DNA of 64,000 nucleotides from Corallococcus exiguus (GTDB lineage Bacteria; Myxococcota; Myxococcia; Myxococcales; Myxococcaceae): NCBI RefSeq assembly GCF_051058965.1, contig NZ_CP183924.1; one strand, 5' to 3'. Shown piece by piece: positions 56,801 to 64,000 of this stretch (position 1 is its first letter; each line of letters starts with the position of its first letter). The notes under the pieces were generated by a model. It saw only the letters and a program-made list of their open reading frames with translations, ran no database searches and was not told where the DNA came from. The position numbers and the translations under genes were made by a program.

Positions 56801-57994
56801 ACTCGTGTCTTGCAAGGACACCGCGGAGACATCCAGCACGTCGTCCCCCAACCGGCGGGAGAACGGATACTCACGGTGTCGCTTGACAGCGTCTGTCTAT
56901 GGAACTCACAGGGGACCCTGCTGCGCCGCATTGAACGCGAGGACCCACCGACTGACCGGATCCCCCTCTTCGCCGGCGCCTGCTGGGACCCTCAGGGTCG
57001 GAAGTTCCTGACGTATGGATACAACAATCTCGTGAGGGGTTGGGACGCTGATGGCCAACCGCTGCTGAGGCTGGAGGGACAGGAGCAACATCAGCTCGGA
57101 ACGCATCGCGCATGTTTCAGCGCCGACAGCTCACGGATACTGACGGTGTCGAACGATGGCAGCGCGCGACTGTGGAGCATGGAGGGTCGCGAACTGGTTC
57201 GAATGGGGGACCACCATTGGGGGGTTGACTCCGGAGAGGTCTCGCCTACGGGGCATCACGCGCTCACGGTGAGCGCGCATAAAGAGTTGTATGTCTGGGA
57301 TCTCCGTCCCCCATTTATCAATACCTCCGAGGCAGCATCCCCCTTCGGAGCGTACTCGTACGGCTCCGGCGAATGCGTACCAGAGAAGAACGGCTCGCTC
57401 GAAGCCGTGCCCACCTATCCCGCAGCTCGGCTCTTGCACCGCAGCCATCGACGTCTCTCCGCATTCGCGGATATCGATGACGCACACTTCGTGCCAGGGA
57501 GCTCACGGATCGTGCTGTTGAACATGGGCATTCATTGCCTGGACTTGGAAACTGGCGAGAGCCGCGCGCTGGCGCCCGGACACCGTGCCTCGTGCGTCGC
57601 CGTAAACCCGGATGGGACCCGCATCCTGTTGGGCTACGAGCAAGGACATGCGGAGGTGAGGGACTTCGAGGGCAACGTGCTCTGGCAACTTCGAGGACAC
57701 GAGGCCGCCCTGGGCAAGGTGGGCTGGACACCGGATGGAGCGCGTGCATTTACCGCTGCCAAGGACGGAACGGTCTGCCTCTGGGAACCGGATGGCTCGC
57801 TCCTGGCCACCCTTCGAGGTCACATCGATCCGCTCACGGACGTCACGTTCGCTGGTCTTGGAGAGCACCTGCTCACCACAGCCGGCCCTGTGGCGTGGAT
57901 CTGGCCAGCAACCCGTGAAGGCTTGCAGGCCCTTGCGGAGCAGCGCCCCCTACGGGACTTCACGCCCCAGGAACGCCAACGCTACCTTGAGTAG
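53840..57994 (+). CDS. TIR-STAND(NACHT-like NTPase)-WD40 repeat protein (1384 aa)
   Basis: TIR reads WDLFLSYNSRDHALATKLAYRLRSEGLQPWFDKWELIPGEPW. The NTPase reads CPYRGLQPFESRHAGMFFGRQEDV...LLLIVGPSGSGKSSLV (Walker A) ...LLLLVDQLEE (Walker B). More than 12 WD40-like blades fill the C-terminal approximately 750 aa (...SPDGQHLLTARSDGAVRLWN, ...SPDSTHVLTSARDGTARIWD, ...). Confidence 0.8.
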   Translation: MSGTAPKSWDLFLSYNSRDHALATKLAYRLRSEGLQPWFDKWELIPGEPWLPAVEHGIAECPCMVVCIGASGWGPVQDAEAQNARIRAMLDSKRRVIPVFMAGVEQVELPGLLKNLAYVDLRGNSDEEFRRLTLAIGGLTAKPRPATVGDCPYRGLQPFESRHAGMFFGRQEDVSGLLDRLGRAQRLLLIVGPSGSGKSSLVMAGLLPAVASGQLHGSYDWRVVSVRPGVRPCHELAVALGSLDETPPADGVARLQARRKCLREDPESLSDQVDLLLQQLPRACRLLLLVDQLEEVFSQCQDSADREAFLANLVHAGTIAGGRVHVVATLRSDFLGRLQEWPGIAGHLNGSTYLMRSMAEAELHETVAQPAQLSELRFEPGLIEELLTAVRAQPGDLPLLQFTLLQLWKERQGDTLTWEAYERIRRLKGAITRSAEQCLLTLTEPQQSLVPRVFRRLVIVGDETGDTRRRASREELEALGAEVPIILERFISERLLVASDGLVELAHEALVRGWERLREWLEEERELLMLRQEVERASEAWRRSGQSTDELWRGSRMSRTGELKDALAPLLTERERAFLDESRETLRRDTERADLAVARMLAMRSAQVRPHRPMLSVLLAREAVRRYSHPETRSELYAALLDSPLREVIQLAGGARTGQPLFRPSPDGATFFVCSSGMAALVSRAGKLITELPVKSLDVKFVRFSPDRERLAVIPTQRVEGIAAWLFSARGELISTLRDGGSQEPTDCASFSPDGQHLLTARSDGAVRLWNVALGHAAYLPTGVGFSYGHFSPDGTRLLTLSSESRTANLWSTEGERLHELKGHEHRIIHGRWSPDSTHVLTSARDGTARIWDRDGKSIATLTGHAAPLTYGSFDPSGSRVLTVSEDSTARLWDLTGKSLLILRDATRALEFCSWSPQGRHFLTWNQHQLRIYRDSGRLLTTLQEHEVPGRDHATWSSDGASLMTSHAGRHDKEGPEIQVWAVEPAPTRVLQGHRGDIQHVVPQPAGERILTVSLDSVCLWNSQGTLLRRIEREDPPTDRIPLFAGACWDPQGRKFLTYGYNNLVRGWDADGQPLLRLEGQEQHQLGTHRACFSADSSRILTVSNDGSARLWSMEGRELVRMGDHHWGVDSGEVSPTGHHALTVSAHKELYVWDLRPPFINTSEAASPFGAYSYGSGECVPEKNGSLEAVPTYPAARLLHRSHRRLSAFADIDDAHFVPGSSRIVLLNMGIHCLDLETGESRALAPGHRASCVAVNPDGTRILLGYEQGHAEVRDFEGNVLWQLRGHEAALGKVGWTPDGARAFTAAKDGTVCLWEPDGSLLATLRGHIDPLTDVTFAGLGEHLLTTAGPVAWIWPATREGLQALAEQRPLRDFTPQERQRYLE

Positions 57995-58041
57995 ATCGAC
58001 GGTGATGAAGGCAAGGGTGTGTGACACGCGATTCGGCCGGC

Positions 58042-58075
58042 GGAGCTACCAGCCCCGTACGAAATCAATCAGCTA
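58042..58075. repeat. Left copy of an approximately 33-bp imperfect direct repeat (AGCTACCAGCCCCGTACGaaaTCAATcAGCT)
   Basis: It matches 63925-63958 at about 27/33 positions. It lies just 3' of the TIR-STAND-WD40 gene. Confidence 0.55.
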
Positions 58076-58263
58076 CCTAGCAGGCACGCATGGCGGCCCA
58101 GCACTTGGGAACCAGCTCCAGACGAAGTGCTGGAGAGCCACAAGACTGGGGTAGGCTCACGTGGCCACCTTTCCCGCCGAGCTGGTGGTAAAGCGCTGTT
58201 CGACCTGAGTCGACGAAGGCGGCGGGCCGAGACGTCCGTGCGAGTTCGGCTCGACCTGCTGCA

Positions 58264-61200
58264 TCAATGGGAGCGCGGGGCAGTTGTAAGCTGCCACGCC
58301 TTGTCACTTGAGCGTGTGAATGGGCCTCCCACGAGGTTCTGCTCCTGTTTGCAGAACGCGTATTTGACGAGCCCTTCTCTGTCAGCCTCGATCGTCCTGA
58401 GAACGAGTGGGCAGAGCGCCGAGAACTGTTCCTCCAGCTGAAGCGGCACGATGACGGGGGGCTGACCGACGGCCGCGAGAAGCAGTGCTCTCGCGCCAGG
58501 AATGAGCTCGATCCGCTTCAGTCGCCTTGGAAGTGGGATCCGGCTCATCGGCTGCCCGGAGCTCACCTGCCATACGAGCAATTGCGCGCCGGGGACCGCT
58601 TCCTCTCCAGCTCCCAGTGCCGGAAGCCAGCCGGCCACAGCCAGATCTTCGGAGGCTGAGTAGCCGAAGTAGGAGGGCGCATTGATAGAGCCCCAATTCC
58701 GAAGGCTGGAGTCCAAGACTCGGGCAACCTCACGACCGTCAGTAGCATTGAGGATGTGCACTGCCTCCACGCCATCCAGCTCTGCGGCCAACTCCGCGGT
58801 CGAACCTGCTGCGCCCCCCTCCGCAAGCGACACCGCCCTGCTTCGCTCCCCCAACGGCGGGCCACCGCGGACATCCCAGATGACGATGTTCCCCATAACA
58901 GATGACCGGGCCACCACTCGACTGTCAGAGGCAACGAACCGGAGGTCCATCACTGCGGCCTCGAGCCAATATGGCCCCAACACGAACTCCTTCTTCGTCC
59001 GGAGGTCCACTAGCTTCCCGCCCCCTCGTGTATCGCCAATCGCGAGAAGGTGACCGTCTCCAGACAGGGCGAAGTCTGGAGACGCCCCATGTTCAAGGAG
59101 CTGCCACTCCTGCCCAGCCAGGACTGCGATGGCACCGGAAGGTCCTCGTACGGCAACCGTCTGGCCATTCTTCGACACACGGAGCGCCGTGAGCACCTTC
59201 AATTGCGTGGGAACCGCGAGGCCAACGAGGTTCTCTCCTTCACTCCACTTGATAAGCTGCCCGGTCTTCGAGGCTGCGTACAGAGTGCCTTGACCTGGCG
59301 CTCCTCCCCATTGAATGAAGACCTCCCCTTCGAACCCATGAATGATGCCATTGAGCTCCCGGTCCTCGCGCCGCCACAGGGCCACCTTGCCGTTCACGTG
59401 GGCCGTCGCTACCAAGCGCCCGTCCGGTGAGACTGTGGCGTCGGTCGTACCGCCCAGCGCTTCCCCTGGAGTCGAGCGCCCAGGCACGAGGCTGAATCCA
59501 GGCGTCGGTTGGCGTTCCCAGATGTAGATGTTGGACATGTGCAGGCCTACGTAGACCTCACCCGTATCGGACTGCCGGAAGATCGGCTCCCCCCAGTTGA
59601 ACTCATTGCCCAACTGATGAGCCATCACCGACCGCCCGGTCGCGAGGTTATGGACCTCAAGGACATGGCGTATATCTTCGCCTGACGGGGTTGAGATCGT
59701 CGCTACCTGCCCGCCGTCGGCCGAGAAGCTCCCGACTCGTGGCCGCCCCTGCGTCTTGATCTCGCGGGAAGTCGACTCGCCCCCGGCCTCGATGGCGGTG
59801 ATGTCGAAGACGTGGAAGGCGGCGTCCGAGCCCCCGACAACAAGGAACCTACCGGCCGGGTCGAAGGCGACGTCGGGGTCCAAAACCGCACCCGCGAGCC
59901 TTCGAACCGGTCGACATTGTTTGCGCGATCCCGTACTACACCCAAGGTCGATGAGAAAGGAGCCCTCCTTCTGCTCTTCGTCTGACTCCGGGGCGACAAA
60001 GAGCCACCGGCCATTCGGCGAAACAACGGCGGCCCGCCGGAAGGCGTAGTCATCCTTGCGCATTCCGAAGTGCTTCCGCAGATCGTGGCTTGTGCGAACA
60101 CCCGTCTCGGTGCGGATGAGCGTCAGTTGAGCATCCGTACCGATTGCGCCAATGAAGGGAGGGGGCCGTTGATGCTGGCCGAAGAAGCGCCTGTATCCGA
60201 AGAATCTCCACGTGTACTTTGGAAAGGGCAAGGCGCGGATCACACCGGACCGGATATCGACCAGATGCAGGTTGTCGCCGTTCCATTCTTTTCCCGCCCA
60301 AACGATCAGTTGCTCGCCGCTCGCCGTGAATTGGACTGCAACAATCTCGGATGGGAACTTGAAGGGTAGCCTCCCTCCAGCGCCGTGGCGCCAGGTGTCA
60401 ATGACCCTCACGCCACCGTCCTTGTCGCCCATCGCGACCCTGCGCGAGTTCGGTGACATCGCGCAGGCCGTCAGCTCCGAGCTTCCTGATTCGATTTCAT
60501 CCAGGACTCGGCCCGACTGCGGCTCCCATAGGGCGGCCGTGTAGCGCTGCCCGGAATCGCCTTGGGGTCGCAGGGAGCCACCCGTCAGCAGGAGAGTCCC
60601 ATCCGCCGACAAGTCGAAGCACTCCACCTGCGGGTAAGTCCCAACGCCAAGCCGCAGACCTTGCTGCTTCGCTGTCACGAGTGCATTCGTCAGCGCAACG
60701 CGGAGACCGTTCGCGGTGGGCGACTGGGAGGACTTGAGCCGTAAGTAGGTGACCAGGGCAGCGGTCACGCTCTCCTCCAACTCATTGGACCTCCCGGCGG
60801 TCCCGGAGATCCGTTCCCCACTGGCAGCCAGCGCAGCTTCGACTGCCTTTCCGCGTAACGACTCGGCTGTCCGTTGAGCCTCAGCAGCCTGTTCAGCCTC
60901 CTTAAGCGCGCCTGCGGCTCGAGAGACCGCGTCAGCCCTGCGGGCCTCTGCCTCCTGGGCTTTGAGGTTCGCATTGACCGCTCGCGTCTCCGCTTCTGCG
61001 GCCTGGGATCCTGCGTCAGCGGCACTCCTCCGCGCTTCGATCTCACGGCCACGAGCGGCTGACGCATTTATCCCCGCTTCATCGGCAGTCTTTGTTGCGG
61101 CCGCCGCCCTTTCGTCCGCCGCTCGGGCGCGTTGGTCCGCATTGTAAACAGCATTCACTCTTTCACCTGCGACGAGGGCCGCCAGTAGGATGGCAGCACA

Positions 61201-61707
61201 TAAGGCCGCAGCCGTCCCCTTCAGCCGCGTGTTTCGCCTGATGAAGTCCGCAGTCTTGACGATCCTCCCCACCAGATGTCTGGACGCTCTCGCCTCAGTC
61301 AAAGCTTGCTGGCGTTCCTGCGAGACATAGAGCCCGTCAATCATGGGCTTCCACGTTGCCTTTCCGATGGCGCCACCGAAGTCGACCGGGATGATGGTCC
61401 GACCTGTCGGTAGGAAGACCTCCAGCTCCTTGCACACATTCTGCGATCCAGCCGAGCCGTGGGTTCCCAGCAGGACAAATGTGCCGCTGCGTCGGATTGC
61501 CCGCAGCAACTCGGGAGGAATCTCCCGACCCGGCTGCGTGCGCCACTGGTCGAGCAGGCACGAGAACCCGTGCCGCGACAGGCGGCGCGCAAGGTCGGCT
61601 GCGTAGATTGCGCAGTCCTCGCGCGAGTAGGAGATGAAGATGTCATCCCCGAAGAAGAATCTCTCCAATCTCTGGAAAAGCGTCTCGCGTCTTCTTGTAA
61701 TTGGCAT
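58264..61707 (-). CDS. TIR - coiled-coil/TM - beta-propeller (WD40/PQQ-like) protein (about 1148 aa)
   Basis: Start at MPITRRRETLFQRLERFFFGDDIFISYSREDCAIYAADLARRLSRHGFSCLLDQW (TIR). The TM segment is TAAALCAAILLAALVAGERV. An Ala/Glu/Arg coiled-coil comes next. Repeated blades follow (SADGTLLLTGG..., MSPNSRRVAMGDKDGGVRVID, VSPDGRLVATAHVNGKVALW, LSGDGHLLAIGDTRG...). The ORF as called (to 61962) includes a spurious N-terminal extension. Confidence 0.7.
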   Translation of the reverse strand: MPITRRRETLFQRLERFFFGDDIFISYSREDCAIYAADLARRLSRHGFSCLLDQWRTQPGREIPPELLRAIRRSGTFVLLGTHGSAGSQNVCKELEVFLPTGRTIIPVDFGGAIGKATWKPMIDGLYVSQERQQALTEARASRHLVGRIVKTADFIRRNTRLKGTAAALCAAILLAALVAGERVNAVYNADQRARAADERAAAATKTADEAGINASAARGREIEARRSAADAGSQAAEAETRAVNANLKAQEAEARRADAVSRAAGALKEAEQAAEAQRTAESLRGKAVEAALAASGERISGTAGRSNELEESVTAALVTYLRLKSSQSPTANGLRVALTNALVTAKQQGLRLGVGTYPQVECFDLSADGTLLLTGGSLRPQGDSGQRYTAALWEPQSGRVLDEIESGSSELTACAMSPNSRRVAMGDKDGGVRVIDTWRHGAGGRLPFKFPSEIVAVQFTASGEQLIVWAGKEWNGDNLHLVDIRSGVIRALPFPKYTWRFFGYRRFFGQHQRPPPFIGAIGTDAQLTLIRTETGVRTSHDLRKHFGMRKDDYAFRRAAVVSPNGRWLFVAPESDEEQKEGSFLIDLGCSTGSRKQCRPVRRLAGAVLDPDVAFDPAGRFLVVGGSDAAFHVFDITAIEAGGESTSREIKTQGRPRVGSFSADGGQVATISTPSGEDIRHVLEVHNLATGRSVMAHQLGNEFNWGEPIFRQSDTGEVYVGLHMSNIYIWERQPTPGFSLVPGRSTPGEALGGTTDATVSPDGRLVATAHVNGKVALWRREDRELNGIIHGFEGEVFIQWGGAPGQGTLYAASKTGQLIKWSEGENLVGLAVPTQLKVLTALRVSKNGQTVAVRGPSGAIAVLAGQEWQLLEHGASPDFALSGDGHLLAIGDTRGGGKLVDLRTKKEFVLGPYWLEAAVMDLRFVASDSRVVARSSVMGNIVIWDVRGGPPLGERSRAVSLAEGGAAGSTAELAAELDGVEAVHILNATDGREVARVLDSSLRNWGSINAPSYFGYSASEDLAVAGWLPALGAGEEAVPGAQLLVWQVSSGQPMSRIPLPRRLKRIELIPGARALLLAAVGQPPVIVPLQLEEQFSALCPLVLRTIEADREGLVKYAFCKQEQNLVGGPFTRSSDKAWQLTTAPRSH

Positions 61708-61958
61708 GCGGTCGAGACTCCATTCCACAGTCCCAATGTTCCGCTGGCCGGGTGCGGCCGGCAGATCGGGGATGTTCCTTGGAACCTTTTCAGGGCGCAA
61801 CCACCTGCACTTCCGACGCCATGGCGGCGGCGAGAGCAGGGGGAAGAGATAAGATGGCGCGTGGACGGGGGAGCCATTCAGATAGGCATCCAGCCGCATA
61901 CCTGTCCAGCATGCGAAGGCGAAGCCCAGGTGGAGTGCCTCGGTAACCGTCCGTGTCG

Positions 61959-62375
61959 TCACTCATGGGCGCTCCGTCGCTTTTTCATGATCCAAACATA
62001 CGCCCTGGCGAGTTCTCCGCGGATGCTATCGAAGTCCCAGTTGATGATAGATATGCCGCGCATGCAGTCTGGAATGCTCCCTGGTGAGTCGCGACGAATC
62101 TGTACCCCGAAAATGGGCAGGCGCAGCCTCCGGGCGCACTCCACCTCCCAAATCGCACCACGCGCGAGATGCGTCTCCATGCCAATCAGCAGAATGAGAA
62201 GACTACTATTTTCGATCAATCCGCGCGTATGCATCTTCCAGGCATTGTCATCCAAATCTTCTCGAAGCGAGTTGTCTTCAAATGTCCACGGCGTGGCCGA
62301 GAACTGGCTCTGACGAACCAAGAAATCCCGGGCCCACATGTCCTCTGAAGCAAAGCTGATGAACGCGCGTAGCAT
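61959..62375 (-). CDS. Stand-alone TIR-like domain protein (138 aa; ThsB-like)
   Basis: MLRAFISFASEDMWARDFLVRQSQ...LLILLIGMETHLARGAIWEVECARRLRLPIFGVQI has the pattern of an FxSxxxxD TIR N-terminus plus a WExE-like catalytic segment. It is minimal and carries no other domain. Confidence 0.55.
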   Translation of the reverse strand: MLRAFISFASEDMWARDFLVRQSQFSATPWTFEDNSLREDLDDNAWKMHTRGLIENSSLLILLIGMETHLARGAIWEVECARRLRLPIFGVQIRRDSPGSIPDCMRGISIINWDFDSIRGELARAYVWIMKKRRSAHE

Positions 62376-62387
62376 GGGCTCTTTGGG

Positions 62388-63890
62388 TCAGCTCAGCATT
62401 TCATCCAGTCCAGCCTTCTTGCGGAGCTTGCGCTCCGCGTCCTCCGCCCAGGGAAGTTGCTCTCCTCGCCGTGCCCTCGCCTGCCGGATGAGGCGCAGGT
62501 TGCGCTGTGTGGACTCTGGCTCCCAGGGCTCACGTACAGCTGCCAGCGCCTTGCCCAATGCATCAGCAGCGGCCGCCGAATCCCGGGATAGCACCGCCAG
62601 CTCAAGCAGAGTGGCGTAGTCCCAGTAGTCGGATGCCCGCGCTGACATCTTCCGCGTAACCGCGTAATGGACCACGGGCAGAAGTTCATCACTCCGGGCA
62701 TCGGGAGGCTCGTGGAGTTCCATCAGTGTCACCGCGTTGACCCCCGGGTAGGCGTCCCGGATATCCGCGTCGAAGCCCTTCAGGTAGGTCTCGATTGCCT
62801 TGTCCAGGAGAGCACGCGCCTCATCTTCATTACCCGCCTCATGCGCTGCCTCCCAACGGTCCTTGTAGACGCGTCCGAGAATGCCCAACGTTTCGGATGA
62901 CGCGCCCCGCTTCGAGATGAGCGAGAGCAGCGTCTCCTCCGCCGCATCGCCACGTCCCGTACGGTTGAGCGCGAATCCCCGCTGCTCCTGCACCATCACC
63001 GTCTCGCGAATTTCCACGGGCAATCGGTCGATGAATGCGACCATCTCGGGCCACGCCTTCACGGCCCGGTAGGAGAGCATTGCGTCGATGAGCACGCCCG
63101 CCTCCAACTCTCCCAACGGCCTGAGTCCCTGCAGGACGTCATCCACCGCCGTAGCGCTCTTCTGCTTGCGCGCCGCCGCGAATCCTCGCTTGGCATCTTC
63201 CGAGTACTTCGCCTGCTGGCGGAACAGATCCGTCTTCTCGTGAGCCACCTGGACGGGAGCTAGATAGTCGAGCAATTGGTAAACCGGGCTGTCGATGCTC
63301 GGGCGGTTTGCATCGTCTCGAGCAGCCTTCAGGGTGGCCGCCAGCTTCTTGCGACTGGCGGCCACATCCTTGGGGACGCCAGAGTCATCCAGGGCATAGG
63401 GCATGGAGCGCAAGTAGTTGACATCGAAAGGCAACCGCATCCCCTCCGTGAACATGGACACGGTTCTCCACGGTCGAACCGCGTGTCGCACGCCCAACTC
63501 ATAGAAGACGTTGGCATTGGCGGTGGTGAGGTCCGCCACCGCGTAGGCACAGAGGATGAGCCGCTCGAACATCGCCTTGTGGATGATTCCGCCAGCCTGC
63601 TCCTCATCCGCGCGAATGGGTTCCAGACCGGCATCCGAAATCGCCGGGGCGATGATTTGTCGGTACACCTCATCGAAGTCGATGAGCCGGCCAGTACCTT
63701 CCGGCTTCTTGCCGAAGGGCATCAACACGAAACAGAGTGAATTGTTCATGAAATCCTCAGGGTGCAAACAGAAGGACGCAGCCTGGCTGCTTCGCGCTGT
63801 AGCGCCACTCGCACGTGCGGCGAGAAATCGTGGCCCGCACCTCGACCAGCGCGGCCGTGGCCGTAACCGTGATTCCGGCCACCCTGACAA
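62388..63890 (-). CDS. DUF4071-like protein: an N-terminal Rossmann-like (TIR/SLOG/2-deoxyribosyltransferase-like) domain fused to an alpha-helical TPR-like domain
   Basis: The N-terminus MNNSLCFVLMPFGKKPEGTGRLIDFDEVYRQIIAPAI... has the CFVLMPFG signature of this family. The rest is a helical TPR-like array. The gene sits 12 nt upstream of the small TIR gene on the same strand. Confidence 0.55.
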   Translation of the reverse strand: MSGWPESRLRPRPRWSRCGPRFLAARASGATARSSQAASFCLHPEDFMNNSLCFVLMPFGKKPEGTGRLIDFDEVYRQIIAPAISDAGLEPIRADEEQAGGIIHKAMFERLILCAYAVADLTTANANVFYELGVRHAVRPWRTVSMFTEGMRLPFDVNYLRSMPYALDDSGVPKDVAASRKKLAATLKAARDDANRPSIDSPVYQLLDYLAPVQVAHEKTDLFRQQAKYSEDAKRGFAAARKQKSATAVDDVLQGLRPLGELEAGVLIDAMLSYRAVKAWPEMVAFIDRLPVEIRETVMVQEQRGFALNRTGRGDAAEETLLSLISKRGASSETLGILGRVYKDRWEAAHEAGNEDEARALLDKAIETYLKGFDADIRDAYPGVNAVTLMELHEPPDARSDELLPVVHYAVTRKMSARASDYWDYATLLELAVLSRDSAAAADALGKALAAVREPWEPESTQRNLRLIRQARARRGEQLPWAEDAERKLRKKAGLDEMLS

Positions 63891-63924
63891 TTGCGGCCAT
63901 TGCGCGGACGGCGGTGAGGTCAGC

Positions 63925-63958
63925 GAAGCTACCAGCCCCGCACGGTGTCAATGAGCTC
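63925..63958. repeat. Right copy of the approximately 33-bp imperfect direct repeat (AGCTACCAGCCCCGCACGgtgTCAATgAGCT)
   Basis: It is a direct repeat of 58042-58075. Together they bracket the 3-gene module 58264-63890. Confidence 0.55.
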
Positions 63959-64000
63959 CTGGGAGTTCCATTCGACGACCTTCATTCCCCGGTGGTTGTT

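Noticed and set aside
53840-57994. Idea that the NACHT-WD40 protein is a TEP1 ortholog forming a vault operon with MVP
   Set aside because: It lacks a TROVE domain and carries a TIR instead. It is 20 kb away and on the opposite strand from MVP, inside a compositionally distinct island. I kept it only as a low-probability remark.

Overview
This is a high-GC (about 68-70%) window from a Myxococcales chromosome, most likely a Myxococcus or Corallococcus relative. Three things point that way: a MYXO-CTERM sorting tail, a RomR-like response regulator, and gene order matching the M. xanthus romR...encC...groEL2 neighbourhood. Because GC is so high, many six-frame ORFs are spurious overlaps; I kept only ORFs with recognisable domains or motifs.

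The window reads in six parts:

1. Positions 1-8.1 kb. Three genes come first: a partial gene, a DUF72 protein and a PAS-LuxR regulator. A chemosensory operon follows, built as Hpt-PAS-MCP (apparently frameshifted), then an ABC1 kinase, an ABM protein, CheB and CheR.

2. Positions 8-18 kb. A Fic toxin gene sits translationally coupled to two paralogous unknown genes. The rest is housekeeping and accessory genes: sHSP, PhzF, proC and an ArsR-P450-ABM unit.

3. Positions 18-30 kb. These are secreted proteins and proteases: pepN, a tandem-duplicated repeat protein, a LysM/C39 protein and a MYXO-CTERM metalloprotease. Between them lie an SDR, a LysR regulator and a PAH-like hydroxylase.

4. Positions 30.8-33.1 kb. 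This is an unmistakable bacterial homolog of the eukaryotic major vault protein.

5. Positions 33.8-51.3 kb. The region holds nadC, valS with a histone-H1-like tail, and a RomR-like regulator. Also present are a REC-GGDEF protein, an orphan encapsulin cargo ferritin (EncC-like), a hybrid HK, groEL without groES, and a transglutaminase-like protein.

6. Positions 51.3-64.0 kb. This is a lower-GC island immediately 3' of a tRNA-Sec gene. It carries five TIR or TIR-like proteins: a TIR-STAND-WD40, a TIR-TM-beta-propeller, a ThsB-like TIR next to a DUF4071 protein, and a 760-aa TIR protein. A roughly 5.9 kb three-gene module is bracketed by an imperfect 33-bp direct repeat.

The most exciting candidate is this TIR-rich island, which looks like an undescribed defense or signalling system.
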